Shown here one piece after another: positions 25,502 to 34,666 of a stretch of 36,570 bases of DNA. The position numbers and the translations under genes were made by a program. The stretch is taken from positions 1 through 36,570 of IMG/VR virus record IMGVR_UViG_3300011339_000250, one strand, 5' to 3'. The DNA comes from a virus. Its lineage: Duplodnaviria > Caudoviricetes. The notes under the pieces were generated by a model, which searched no databases, had not been told where the DNA came from, and saw only the letters and a list, made by a program, of their open reading frames with translations. The number at the start of each line of letters is the position of its first letter. Position 1 is the first letter of the stretch.

Positions 25502-25667
25502 GGTCTTCATTGCGGCCCATGTCGAGCGTGACCTGTTCGACAAGCTGGAGGCCACAGCGCACGCCTTGGGAATGTCTAAGGCTGCGCTGCTTCGGCATCT
25601 GCTGCGGCAGGGGCTTGCTGCCCCTGTTGTTCTATCAGCGCAAACAGAGCCGCCTCCATCTGATTGA
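25488..25667 (+). CDS. Putative ribbon-helix-helix (CopG/Arc-like) regulator
   Basis: KVFIAAHV strand, DLFDKLEATAHAL helix, GMS turn, KAALLRHLL helix. Confidence 0.55.
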   Translation: MLSSKVFIAAHVERDLFDKLEATAHALGMSKAALLRHLLRQGLAAPVVLSAQTEPPPSD

Positions 25668-25806
25668 CTGAGCACCACAGAGGATCAACAGCCCCAGACA
25701 GCCATCTGCTGACCTGGGGCTGTTGTATTTTGGCCAGGGCGCAGACCTGCTTCATCTGGATCTTGTGCAGACGGGCCATGTCTCGGATGTCGTGGATGGA
25801 GTTCAT
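25576..25806 (-). CDS. Cro/XRE-like HTH regulator
   Basis: MKQVCALAKIQQPQVSRWLSG..P helix-turn-helix; transcribed divergently from the + operon. Confidence 0.75.
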   Translation of the reverse strand: MNSIHDIRDMARLHKIQMKQVCALAKIQQPQVSRWLSGAVDPLWCSVNQMEAALFALIEQQGQQAPAAADAEAAQP

Positions 25807-25858
25807 GGCGGCATTTTACTTGGCATTGTTGTTAATTTGATACAACAGAAAGCGTGTG

Positions 25859-25887
25859 TTGCATGTGCTTTGAATTTAGTCCATAAT
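25859..25887 (+). promoter_or_regulatory. Sigma70-like promoter TTGCAT-N17-CATAAT
   Basis: Correct spacing; upstream of the 25933-27395 operon. Confidence 0.7.
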
Positions 25888-25932
25888 CTGTTTCACCGAT
25901 GCAAATTGTTGCAGCGGGTAACGGAGAAAACG

Positions 25933-26076
25933 ATGAAACACCACAAATATCACCAGCATTACCAAGTCAGGGCAGCCAAGCTGCATGCACGCGCCGAGGC
26001 TGCGCTGGACTTGATCACCGCACTGGTCATCGGCATCGGCTTGGCCGCATGCCTGTTCTACGGGTGGTCGGCATGA
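25933..26076 (+). CDS. Small TM protein, 47 aa
   Basis: GGAGA SD; C-terminal hydrophobic helix. Confidence 0.65.
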   Translation: MKHHKYHQHYQVRAAKLHARAEAALDLITALVIGIGLAACLFYGWSA

Positions 26077-26342
26077 ACAGAGATGAAATCTTTGAATTGA
26101 TCGAGACCAATGGTTTGACCCTGCATGGTGACATTGAACACTTTGCCGCCCTTGTTGCTGATCGTGTTTATGCTAAATACCTGGAGCAACCAGTACCCAG
26201 CCAGACTGGCGTGATCTCAATAACAATTCCTGAGCCGATTGCATACCTTTGTGAGAACGCAGTTGGCCACAAATATTTTCGATGGAAAAAACCTTCAAGC
26301 GTATACAAGCCAATTGCGCTTTACACAAAGGCGCAGGCATGA
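26073..26342 (+). CDS. Hypothetical protein (MNRDEIFEL..HFAALVA..EPIAY)
   Basis: ATGA-coupled ORF. Confidence 0.65.
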   Translation: MNRDEIFELIETNGLTLHGDIEHFAALVADRVYAKYLEQPVPSQTGVISITIPEPIAYLCENAVGHKYFRWKKPSSVYKPIALYTKAQA

Positions 26343-26443
26343 AAACCATCTGGATCAAACCAAAGCCGCTGACACGTTGCCAAATCCTTGGTGTGTGCCA
26401 GTCCAAGATGTCACCAGCCTGTTTGAAGGGATGCCGCAAATGA
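26339..26443 (+). CDS. Cys-rich micro-protein, 34 aa (MKTIWIKPKPLTRCQILGVCQ...)
   Basis: Translated by hand; ATGA overlaps at both ends; 4 Cys. Confidence 0.55.
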   Translation: MKTIWIKPKPLTRCQILGVCQSKMSPACLKGCRK

Positions 26444-26649
26444 GCATCAAAGACCTGACCACCGACGACCTGCCTGAACTGGAGGCACAGTTGCAGCATG
26501 CGCTTGATCGGGCGCGTGGCACATCACTGCCAGCGCATGCTGTGCGCAACTGCCCCAGCGACTTGCAATCATCGGACCAAGCCTGGCGCATGGTCCAGAA
26601 TCTTCAATACCTCATAGGATGCATCGAAAATGGCCGACCAATCTATTAA
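26440..26649 (+). CDS. Hypothetical protein (MSIKDLTT)
   Basis: Coupled ORF, 69 aa. Confidence 0.6.
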   Translation: MSIKDLTTDDLPELEAQLQHALDRARGTSLPAHAVRNCPSDLQSSDQAWRMVQNLQYLIGCIENGRPIY

Positions 26650-26815
26650 GACCCCCGCCAACATGATCGACAAAATGGCTGGCCGATACGATGGCAAAGA
26701 GTTGCGGCCATACACCGGCAGACCCGGTGCCATGGACGCCTACAAGCTGCCAAGCCTGATGCACTTCGGGCCTGTGTACCGCAAGGATTTGGCTGAGTTA
26801 TGCCAGCAGGACTGA
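26630..26815 (+). CDS. Hypothetical protein
   Basis: YDGKELRP..RPGAMDAYKLPS motif. Confidence 0.65.
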   Translation: MADQSIKTPANMIDKMAGRYDGKELRPYTGRPGAMDAYKLPSLMHFGPVYRKDLAELCQQD

Positions 26816-27198
26816 AGCCCCGCATCCGGCCCAAGCTGGAACTGGTGCTGGCCGATGGCCGCGCTAGGTGCGACAGGGAACTGGTGGACATCATCTTCTG
26901 CAACAGAAGGGCTGTGCAGCGGGTGCTGGAGGAAATGCACGACCAAGGGCTGGTCCATATCGGTGGCTGGGCCAAGGCTGGCGACAGTTACCGCTGGCGG
27001 CCTCAGTACCGGCTTGGGCCGGGTGAGGATGTGCCTTGCCCACCACCAACTGGCCGCACCAGCACTCAGCGGGTGCAGGCGTACAGGGCCAAGCTGACTG
27101 CCGACGACAAGGACTTCTTGGACGCCAGGCGCAGACAAAAAAGACGGGTCGTCAAACGCGACCCACTGGTGGCCGCATTTTTTGGGAGTGTGAAATGA
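26800..27198 (+). CDS. Putative winged-HTH DNA-binding protein
   Basis: Helix pair, then VHIGGW..RPQYRLG..D; basic C-terminus RDPLVAAFFG. Confidence 0.6.
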   Translation: MPAGLKPRIRPKLELVLADGRARCDRELVDIIFCNRRAVQRVLEEMHDQGLVHIGGWAKAGDSYRWRPQYRLGPGEDVPCPPPTGRTSTQRVQAYRAKLTADDKDFLDARRRQKRRVVKRDPLVAAFFGSVK

Positions 27199-27395
27199 CG
27201 CCAATCGTCAATGTCGATGTGAAGATGCCCAAGGCTCTGCTGCGGGTGCTTTCGTTGCATGAAACATTCTGTGTTGTCTCTGGCATCACAGAAGTCACGC
27301 ACGATCAGGTGGTGGGCTTCATCAAAGAAAAGGCTGGCGAGAAAGTCGCCAGCCTTTTCCGTGCAGAGCATTTGATCAGTAGCCAAGCGACTTGA
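27195..27395 (+). CDS. Hypothetical protein, 66 aa
   Basis: ATGA-coupled; converges on and overlaps the last virion gene. Confidence 0.55.
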   Translation: MTPIVNVDVKMPKALLRVLSLHETFCVVSGITEVTHDQVVGFIKEKAGEKVASLFRAEHLISSQAT

Positions 27396-28638
27396 GCAAT
27401 TCATCTGTGATCATTCCAGCGTAGGGCTTCATCTGCAATGCCCGAACGTCTGTGGCTCGTGGGTTCCTGGGGTCAGGAATTCCACGGGCCTTGACCACAT
27501 TGGGCATCAATTGGAAGATGCCAAGGTCTTCTTTGAGTTGACCCAAGCCTTGCCCTGGGACACCTTTTGGATAGGCAGCATGCCCTGACTTGGCGATCAG
27601 TGGCTTGTCGGCAAACACCTCACCAACACTGAGCAGGCCAGTGTCGCGGCTGGTCAGTTGGAATGGATCGGCCACAGCAAGTCGAGCCTCGCCAATGTTC
27701 AAGCCACCAGTGTCACGAAACTCCACATCCATGGCGTTCTTCAAAGCCTTGCGCACACGGTCAGGTGCTGCCCTAAACTGCTCCACAGCCTTGTCAGAAC
27801 TGACCCCAGACCCCTCTGGGATGTAGCCCTTGATCATTTTGTCCAGCCGCTTCTTGTTGGTCTTGTTCATGGCCGCATCGGCATACGACAACATGGTTTC
27901 ACCAGTCATCGACGCAAAGTCACCACCAGTTGGGGCCATGCGCCATGGAATGAACAACGGGTTTTGACCTGTGACTTGCTTGATGATTTCGGCCTCTTGC
28001 AAAATCTGCTTTGATGGACCTGCGGCAGAGGCCCACACTTGGCCAGGGTTGTCGAACATGAATGGCTGGCCACCCTGCATGTTCACAGGGCGATTCAACT
28101 GGACGTCATTGATCTTGTTGAGCATGCCGACACCAGTGCGATCAGCCATCGAGGTGATGAAAGGTCTACCAGCAAAGTCGGCCAAAGAAACTTGCGGCAC
28201 GTTGGTCACGCGCTCTGTCACATCAGTGGTCAGTTTGGCCAGCCGTTCTTGCTCCTTGATTCTTGGGTCAAAGCGTGGGTCGAATGCAGCACCGGGCATG
28301 CGGATGGCACCAAGCTGAGACTCAGCACTGGCAGCACGCGCCGCTGGCCGTGTGAACCCCGCTGCTTTCATCATCGGAGCCACACCCAGCGCCGTGCCAA
28401 CAGCAAAGGCTGGACGGGCCACCCGCTGGATGGACTCGTACTGAGGGTTCATGACGCTGAACCCCATCTCATCAGGAGCCTGCCCCAGCAGGCCGCTGAT
28501 GGCCGCATAGGTGCGTGGGTCTGGCAGTGTGTTGACATCGCGCTGTGCGGCCAATGCACGCGCCCGAGCGCCTTGGCGCTGCACATTGGGATTGCCAAAG
28601 AATGGCATCAGCTCCTCGTCCATCAGCAATCCAGCCAT
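27376..28638 (-). CDS. Putative ejected internal virion protein with globular C-terminal domain
   Basis: Last gene of the late operon; MAGLL N-terminus. Confidence 0.55.
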   Translation of the reverse strand: MAGLLMDEELMPFFGNPNVQRQGARARALAAQRDVNTLPDPRTYAAISGLLGQAPDEMGFSVMNPQYESIQRVARPAFAVGTALGVAPMMKAAGFTRPAARAASAESQLGAIRMPGAAFDPRFDPRIKEQERLAKLTTDVTERVTNVPQVSLADFAGRPFITSMADRTGVGMLNKINDVQLNRPVNMQGGQPFMFDNPGQVWASAAGPSKQILQEAEIIKQVTGQNPLFIPWRMAPTGGDFASMTGETMLSYADAAMNKTNKKRLDKMIKGYIPEGSGVSSDKAVEQFRAAPDRVRKALKNAMDVEFRDTGGLNIGEARLAVADPFQLTSRDTGLLSVGEVFADKPLIAKSGHAAYPKGVPGQGLGQLKEDLGIFQLMPNVVKARGIPDPRNPRATDVRALQMKPYAGMITDELLKSLGY

Positions 28639-28641
28639 GTC

Positions 28642-30495
28642 TTACTCCTGTGATGCGCCGATGACAGCGCCGTAGCCCAATTCCTCGGCCTTCTTGCGCA
28701 GCGATTTGGCAAGTGGCTCGACCTTCATGATACTGGCCTTGCTCATCATCTGCGCCGCCAGTTGTGGGTCCAACATGGCCCCCACCAGCAACTGCTGAAT
28801 CTGCTGATCTGGTAGCTTGTAGAGAAAATCCAATGGGCGCGTCATGGTGCGCAGCGTGGTGTTGTCGGCCAAGGACTCGCTGAACACGCGACCGATCAGG
28901 TTGCCCATGCTCATGTTCTGGAACGTGTTGGAGCCTGGAGCCTTCACACCTGGCGCTGTCGCAGCTTGGCCACGATTGATCTCGTTGATGATGTTGTCGA
29001 GTCGGCGCTGCGCCGCTGGTGACAACTGCGTGCCGATCTCCTCGGCCTTGGCAGCCACTTGCCTGCGCAGTGCAGATGCGGCCAGCACTGGCTCCCCCGT
29101 CATCAGGTTGGGCTGGCCTGTGGTGACCTTCGACTCAATGCCTTGCAGCAGGCGCATCTGGTCGATGGCGCTTGAGGACTTGGCGAATTGCTGCATGTAG
29201 CGGTTAAAGCCTGGCGCACCTGACTCGATGGTGGCGTCGATGACGGGCAGCAGATCGGCCAACTGGCCACGGGCCAGGCGCAGGTTGGCCAAGTCGCCCG
29301 ACAGCTTGCCAGCCATCGCATCGGTGATGTCTTTGCGCACGCTGTAGAGCGCCATCGGGTTGATGGTGCCAGTCTCTGGATCGACACGCTTGGCCAACAG
29401 GCTGGAGACATAGCTCATGGCTTGGTCCACTGTTTGGCGCTGCGTTGCCGGGTTGCTGGTGATGCCCTCGATGGCCGCAGCGATTGGCTCCACCGACACG
29501 GGCTGTGCATTGGCAAATGCCGACTCGCGCATGGGTGATGTGATGCTGGCACGCTTGGCCTCGGCTGCCTCGATGGAGCCGGGTCGGCCCGACAGTCTGC
29601 GGAATGAATCCATCAGGGCTTGCTGGTTGGCCGACAGGACCGATGGGAATGCACCAGACTGGTCCAAGGCTCTGATCGGTGTCTCAGCCGCAGCCAAGCC
29701 GGGGTCACGCGCACCAGCGGCTGTGGTGACGCGCACACCGGGGACTGTGGGCGTGGCTTGTCGCAGGTTGGTGATGGCACGCTCGGGGTCTGTGGCCAAA
29801 CCGCGCAGCACATTGCCCACCATGACCTCGCGGCCTTCTTGGGTAAATGGCTTGACGATGGCACTCGGTGCGGCCAAGACGCGCTGTGTGGTGGACAGGG
29901 TTGGGCCACCGGGGGCCACCATGCCTGCGCCCAATGCGCCAGCCAACTGCACGCCGGGGGAAAACTCTCCCTCTCGCAGCACTCCACCAGCGGCTGTGGA
30001 GGCCAATGCGGCAGACGACTGCGCCCGTGGGTTGGTGGCCAGCATCTGCGCGATGCCCTGACCCGCTGCGGATGTAGCCATGGGCGCAGCGCGTGCGGCC
30101 AAGTTGGCCAAGCCGCCCACACCGTAGCCAGCCTGCGAGACATCTTGCACGATGCGCTCTTGCGCCGTGCGAGGCTCTGGAAATCCAACAGCAGACAGCG
30201 TGCGGCCCACCGCTTGCGTCATGGTTGGCGCTTGCGATCCTGTGGCCAAGTTGAATAGGTTCACCAAGGGGTCCACAGCCATCGGCAGCAAGCCACCGGC
30301 AGTCAGGGCAGCCTGTGCCATAGGGCGCACGGCCAAGCCTGCCTGGCGGCCCAAGGTGTCGGGTGGCATGGCAGGGGCTGGAGCCGCAGAAGGCGCTTGC
30401 AGCGACTGGATGGCTCGGATGATCTCGTCATCCGTCATGGTGGCGGGGAATGCCACTTGGCCGATGTTGGGGATCTCAACGATTTTGTCGGCCAT
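28642..30495 (-). CDS. Putative DNA ejection / internal virion protein
   Basis: Ala/Gly-rich with amphipathic segments; position of podovirus ejection genes. Confidence 0.6.
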   Translation of the reverse strand: MADKIVEIPNIGQVAFPATMTDDEIIRAIQSLQAPSAAPAPAMPPDTLGRQAGLAVRPMAQAALTAGGLLPMAVDPLVNLFNLATGSQAPTMTQAVGRTLSAVGFPEPRTAQERIVQDVSQAGYGVGGLANLAARAAPMATSAAGQGIAQMLATNPRAQSSAALASTAAGGVLREGEFSPGVQLAGALGAGMVAPGGPTLSTTQRVLAAPSAIVKPFTQEGREVMVGNVLRGLATDPERAITNLRQATPTVPGVRVTTAAGARDPGLAAAETPIRALDQSGAFPSVLSANQQALMDSFRRLSGRPGSIEAAEAKRASITSPMRESAFANAQPVSVEPIAAAIEGITSNPATQRQTVDQAMSYVSSLLAKRVDPETGTINPMALYSVRKDITDAMAGKLSGDLANLRLARGQLADLLPVIDATIESGAPGFNRYMQQFAKSSSAIDQMRLLQGIESKVTTGQPNLMTGEPVLAASALRRQVAAKAEEIGTQLSPAAQRRLDNIINEINRGQAATAPGVKAPGSNTFQNMSMGNLIGRVFSESLADNTTLRTMTRPLDFLYKLPDQQIQQLLVGAMLDPQLAAQMMSKASIMKVEPLAKSLRKKAEELGYGAVIGASQE

Positions 30496-30498
30496 GTT

Positions 30499-31935
30499 TC
30501 ACTCCTGAACGTAACGGAAGATGCCTGTCTGTGGGTCGCGCACCAATCGCGCAGGACGCGCAGCAGCAGGCATTGGCGCAGGGGCTGGTGGCGTGTATGG
30601 CTGGTATGCCTTACCGGCTGACTTGCCCATGCCTAATGTGACCACACGCCGCGCCTCGGCCTTTTGTGCAATCTTCTCTGGCGTGTCGCCCACCATTGGG
30701 AAGTAGGTGGCATATTCCTGCTTCATCTCATCCGCACCAATGGCAGCGCCGGACTCCTTGCGCAGCTTGGCACGAATCCAATCCTGCGCCGCTTGGTCAT
30801 ACATCTGAGTGTCTGCGCTTTGGCCAGATCTGGCCAAAGCACCACCAATAAATGGCACGGCCTCGGCAATGCGTGTGCCAGCGCCAGGTTGTGACCCGGC
30901 AGGCAGTCGGCCCAGAATGCTCTCCGCCAACTCCATGCGCTGGGCAAAGCCAGCAGCGTTGGACTGGCCTTCTGTTGGTGCGCTGCCTGCACCCTTCAAT
31001 GGCTGACCTGTTGGGCCAGTGATTGGCATGACAGCGCCGCCTGGTGCCTTTGGGATGTACATCAGGCCATCGGCAGTTTCAACACGGTCAAACGCACCAC
31101 GGTTGAATTCTTGCTGGCGCAGGCCAAGATTAGCCTGGGCCACACGGTTTGCCGCAGCCTCGCCTGGCGTCATGGTTTGCTGGAATGTCTCACCTCCGCG
31201 CAGCGCCGACTTGTTGACAGCCACGGTCTGGCCACCCATGTTCTGCAACACCACCTCACGCTTAGGGCCAAAGCCTTCCATGGTTTGCAGCTTCCCGTCT
31301 TTGAACTGTTGAACCAAGATGGGTTTGCCAGTGGCGTCTGTGACCTCAAATGGTTGGCCAACAACCTCGACGCGAGGATTTAACTTCTCGGCCATGGCCT
31401 GATATTTCTCAGCATCGGCCACACGGCCAGCAGCGGCCAAGATGTCGGCAGCACTTTGGTACTGCTGGGCCTTCAATTGGTTGGGCGTCATCTCTGGCAT
31501 GGCGTTGGCCATGGCAGCACGCTGCGTGGTTGGGCCAAGCTGGCCGCCAGGTGCGGCCAGGGCTTGCTGCTCTGGTGTCAGCACCGATGGGGCTGTGGTC
31601 AATGCGCCAGCCACTTGCTGCTGCACTTGTCGCGCTGCCTGCGCCTCCTTCAGCTTCTCACCCAGCATCAGGTCTTGCAGCGATCCGGCACGGGCTTGTT
31701 GGTAGCCTTGCTGGCCAGCCTGCAAGGCAGAGCCAAGGGCTTGGCCAAGGCCAATGCGCTGGCGGCTGGGGCCACTGGCTTGCAGCAGCGCAGCAGCAGC
31801 CGACAGGGCAGCATTGCGGCCCATCAGCTTGCGCTGATCATCGGTCAGCAGGGCATCAAGCCCAGACATTGGGCTGCCCGGCATGGTGTTGCCAAAGATG
31901 CTGCCGATGTTCGCAAAATCAAAACCTGTTGCCAT
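30499..31935 (-). CDS. Putative DNA ejection / internal virion protein
   Basis: ATG at 31935 after AAGGAG; LRKESGAAI..E..YFP motif. Confidence 0.65.
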   Translation of the reverse strand: MATGFDFANIGSIFGNTMPGSPMSGLDALLTDDQRKLMGRNAALSAAAALLQASGPSRQRIGLGQALGSALQAGQQGYQQARAGSLQDLMLGEKLKEAQAARQVQQQVAGALTTAPSVLTPEQQALAAPGGQLGPTTQRAAMANAMPEMTPNQLKAQQYQSAADILAAAGRVADAEKYQAMAEKLNPRVEVVGQPFEVTDATGKPILVQQFKDGKLQTMEGFGPKREVVLQNMGGQTVAVNKSALRGGETFQQTMTPGEAAANRVAQANLGLRQQEFNRGAFDRVETADGLMYIPKAPGGAVMPITGPTGQPLKGAGSAPTEGQSNAAGFAQRMELAESILGRLPAGSQPGAGTRIAEAVPFIGGALARSGQSADTQMYDQAAQDWIRAKLRKESGAAIGADEMKQEYATYFPMVGDTPEKIAQKAEARRVVTLGMGKSAGKAYQPYTPPAPAPMPAAARPARLVRDPQTGIFRYVQE

Positions 31936-31945
31936 GTGATTCTCC

Positions 31946-32881
31946 TTAGCCCAGCAGGCCCAAAATGCCACCGGCCACTGCGCCGTAAGGGCCAAACAAT
32001 TGGCCACCAGCCAGCGCACCGCCCAATGCGCCCGAGGCCACGTTGCGGCTGTCAGGCGTGGTGGCGATCTGGCCGAGGTTGGCAGGCTGCGCACCCAAGG
32101 ACGACTGCACCACACCCAAGCGCTGCAAGCCGATGTTGCGGATGGCATCCATCTGCTGCTGCTCCAGTGCTTGACGCGCACCGCCTGCACCCATGACAGC
32201 CTGAGCGCCACCAAGGCGCAGAGCCTGCTGCTGTGCGGCCAAGCTGCCGAGCTGGCCAGCACCGCGCAAGTTCAATTCGGCACCCGACAGGCCAGCGGCT
32301 TGGTTGGCTGCCTGAGCTTGCTGCTGGCGTGCCAAGTCGGCAGCCTGCAACTGCACCGCTTGATTGAAAGCGTTCTCGTTCAGTTGGGTGCCGAGGGTGC
32401 CAGCCTGCTTGGCAAAACCAAGGTTGGTGATGCCCTCGGCCACACCTTGGCGCGAACCGCCAAAGGCTTTGGCTTGCATGGCACGCTCACCCGTTTGCTG
32501 AATGGCTGTCTGCCGTGCTGACTCCAAGTCGGCCAAGGCGTTTGCACGCACTTGGCTGGTGTAGGGGTTCATGTAGCTGGCAATGGAGCCGGGGCCACTC
32601 ATGCCGAGGTTGGCTTGCAGTGTCTGCTGCTGCATCGGCTGGTAGGCTGTGCCCATGGCCGCTGCCTGCGCTGCCAGATCTGTGCCTGCAATGCCTGGGC
32701 CAGCCAAGGCTGTGTTGACCAGAGCCTCCTCGCCAGCCTGATACATAGGGTTCAAGCCTGCGAACTGCTGCACAGGCAATGCGCCTGCTACACCTCGTGC
32801 ATTGGCAAAGTTTGCAAGAAATGCCTGCTTGATGTCTGGATCAATCCCAGTGGTCGATGTGGTGCTGCCGCCTTTTGACAT
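31946..32881 (-). CDS. Putative DNA pilot / ejection protein
   Basis: ATG at 32881 (MSKGG); YMNPY, AFGGSR, Gln/Ala-rich, Gly-rich hydrophobic C-terminus. Confidence 0.65.
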   Translation of the reverse strand: MSKGGSTTSTTGIDPDIKQAFLANFANARGVAGALPVQQFAGLNPMYQAGEEALVNTALAGPGIAGTDLAAQAAAMGTAYQPMQQQTLQANLGMSGPGSIASYMNPYTSQVRANALADLESARQTAIQQTGERAMQAKAFGGSRQGVAEGITNLGFAKQAGTLGTQLNENAFNQAVQLQAADLARQQQAQAANQAAGLSGAELNLRGAGQLGSLAAQQQALRLGGAQAVMGAGGARQALEQQQMDAIRNIGLQRLGVVQSSLGAQPANLGQIATTPDSRNVASGALGGALAGGQLFGPYGAVAGGILGLLG

Positions 32882-32891
32882 TTTGTGCCTC

Positions 32892-34664
32892 TCAATCCAA
32901 AAGTGATTTGATTTTCTTTGCAGGGATCTTGCCTTCATTGATCATGTCAAGCAAGCCCTGGCCGTATTTTTTGACCGATGATTTTTTGATGACGTATTCG
33001 CCGCGCTTCAGTTTTCCATAGCCATCATCAGGTCCAGCAGGGTCTGGGCCGGTCAACTGATCAATCAGGCCACCCTTGGCATAACCGGCACCAGTTCCTG
33101 GGCCAGTGCCAGTTCCATCTGCCGCCGCAGCAGCATCTGCCGCAGCAGCAGCAGCATCTGCCGCTGCATCGGCTGCCGACACACCCGATGATCCTGGTGC
33201 TGTGGACGCGCCAGCATCACCACCAGTACCGCCATCATTGACATTGGGCACAGCAATGCCCGTCTTGGGGTCCACAGTCTCGTCCAGCAACACGTTGTAC
33301 ACATCAGGACGGTAGCCACCCAGCGCCACGTTGGCCAAGGTGTCAGCGTACGGGTTGGTGAAAGGCTTCATCTGGTCCATGATCAGGCCGTAAGGACTGA
33401 CAGCGCCAGTGAACTGCGCACCGGGTGCTGCGGCTTGGTATCGGGCCAATCCGCTTTGCACTTCAGCCTGTGGGAACTGCTGCCGGGCTGTGGCAATGGC
33501 GCGGTCCAAATCGGCCACGCCCCACTGAGGCAATGCCCGATTGATCTCCTGCGCTGTGTAGCCGCTGGCCAGCCAACGATCCAGATCAGCCTGAGTGCCT
33601 CGGCCTTCATTGGCCGCATACCAGTTGCGGATCTCTTGCATCCGAGTGTCAGCACCACCAGGCAGTTGCGAGGCAATCGAGGTGTAAGGCTGCGCCAATG
33701 GCTGCATAGGCTGCGCAGCAGCAGGCGCAAATGGCGTCTGCTGGGCCACCTCGCCAATGGCTGTGCGCATGGCGTTTTGCAGGTCATTCAAGCCCCACTG
33801 AGGCAGTGCTGCGTTGATCTCTCGGGCTGTGAACCCGCTGGTGGCCAGCCATCTATTGAGGTCACCCTGCGCCTGTGGGTCTGTGCGGCCTACATTGGAG
33901 TTGTACCACTGCTGGATGGCTGCAATGCGCGGGTTTGCAGCGCCTGTGCCTGTGCCACCGGCTGGCAAGCCACCACCGGCAGTGCTGCCACCGCCGACAG
34001 TGCCAAGCAAACCACCGCCAGTGGATGGGGACACATTGCCGCCACCAACACTTGTAGTGCCTGGAGCGCCGCCACCAGTCACAAAGCCACCGCTAACAGT
34101 TGGTGGTGGTGCATCGCTCCATGGCCGCAGGTCGCCAGGGTTGATGCCGTTTTGCACAAACAATTCTTCGCGCCGCGTGGCCCGATCAATTTGCGCTTGG
34201 GCCTGCGCTGGGTTGGCGTAGGGGTTGACGCCTTGACGCGCAAATGTGTCACCGACACGTTCACCAGTCATGCTGTTGACTTGGTTCATTTGCCAGTCAA
34301 TGAACTGCTGCTGCTCTGGCGTCAAGCGTGCGCGTGCTGCGTCAATCTCGCTTTGAGGGATGACCGACATGGCGGGGCGTGGTGCGCTTTGAATTGCCAC
34401 ATTGCCACCAGGATTAGCGATCCGAACCTCCTCGCCTCGGGCAGCCATGTCAGCACGCACAGCCGCACGGTCAGCAGCCTGCTGCTGGGCTTGTGTTCGC
34501 GCATACGCCTCTTGGGCAGCATTGTTAAAGTCGGCCACGTTGCCAAACTGCGGGAATGCAGCCGCCATCTCGGCAGGCGAGTACTTGAGCAAAGCCGCAT
34601 CCAATGCCGCCTGCGTCTGTGGGCCTGCTGCGATCTCAGCTTGAATTTGCGCTGCTGTTGCCAT
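32892..34664 (-). CDS. Putative internal virion protein with internal repeats
   Basis: ATG at 34664; duplicated ~55-aa domain; C-terminal YAKGG..GEYVIKK..LDMINEG. Confidence 0.6.
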   Translation of the reverse strand: MATAAQIQAEIAAGPQTQAALDAALLKYSPAEMAAAFPQFGNVADFNNAAQEAYARTQAQQQAADRAAVRADMAARGEEVRIANPGGNVAIQSAPRPAMSVIPQSEIDAARARLTPEQQQFIDWQMNQVNSMTGERVGDTFARQGVNPYANPAQAQAQIDRATRREELFVQNGINPGDLRPWSDAPPPTVSGGFVTGGGAPGTTSVGGGNVSPSTGGGLLGTVGGGSTAGGGLPAGGTGTGAANPRIAAIQQWYNSNVGRTDPQAQGDLNRWLATSGFTAREINAALPQWGLNDLQNAMRTAIGEVAQQTPFAPAAAQPMQPLAQPYTSIASQLPGGADTRMQEIRNWYAANEGRGTQADLDRWLASGYTAQEINRALPQWGVADLDRAIATARQQFPQAEVQSGLARYQAAAPGAQFTGAVSPYGLIMDQMKPFTNPYADTLANVALGGYRPDVYNVLLDETVDPKTGIAVPNVNDGGTGGDAGASTAPGSSGVSAADAAADAAAAAADAAAAADGTGTGPGTGAGYAKGGLIDQLTGPDPAGPDDGYGKLKRGEYVIKKSSVKKYGQGLLDMINEGKIPAKKIKSLLD

Positions 34665-34666
34665 GG

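Noticed and set aside
25576-25887. Classical lambda-type CI/Cro lysogeny switch
   Set aside because: Only a short HTH without a peptidase domain; no integrase, excisionase or att site recognisable
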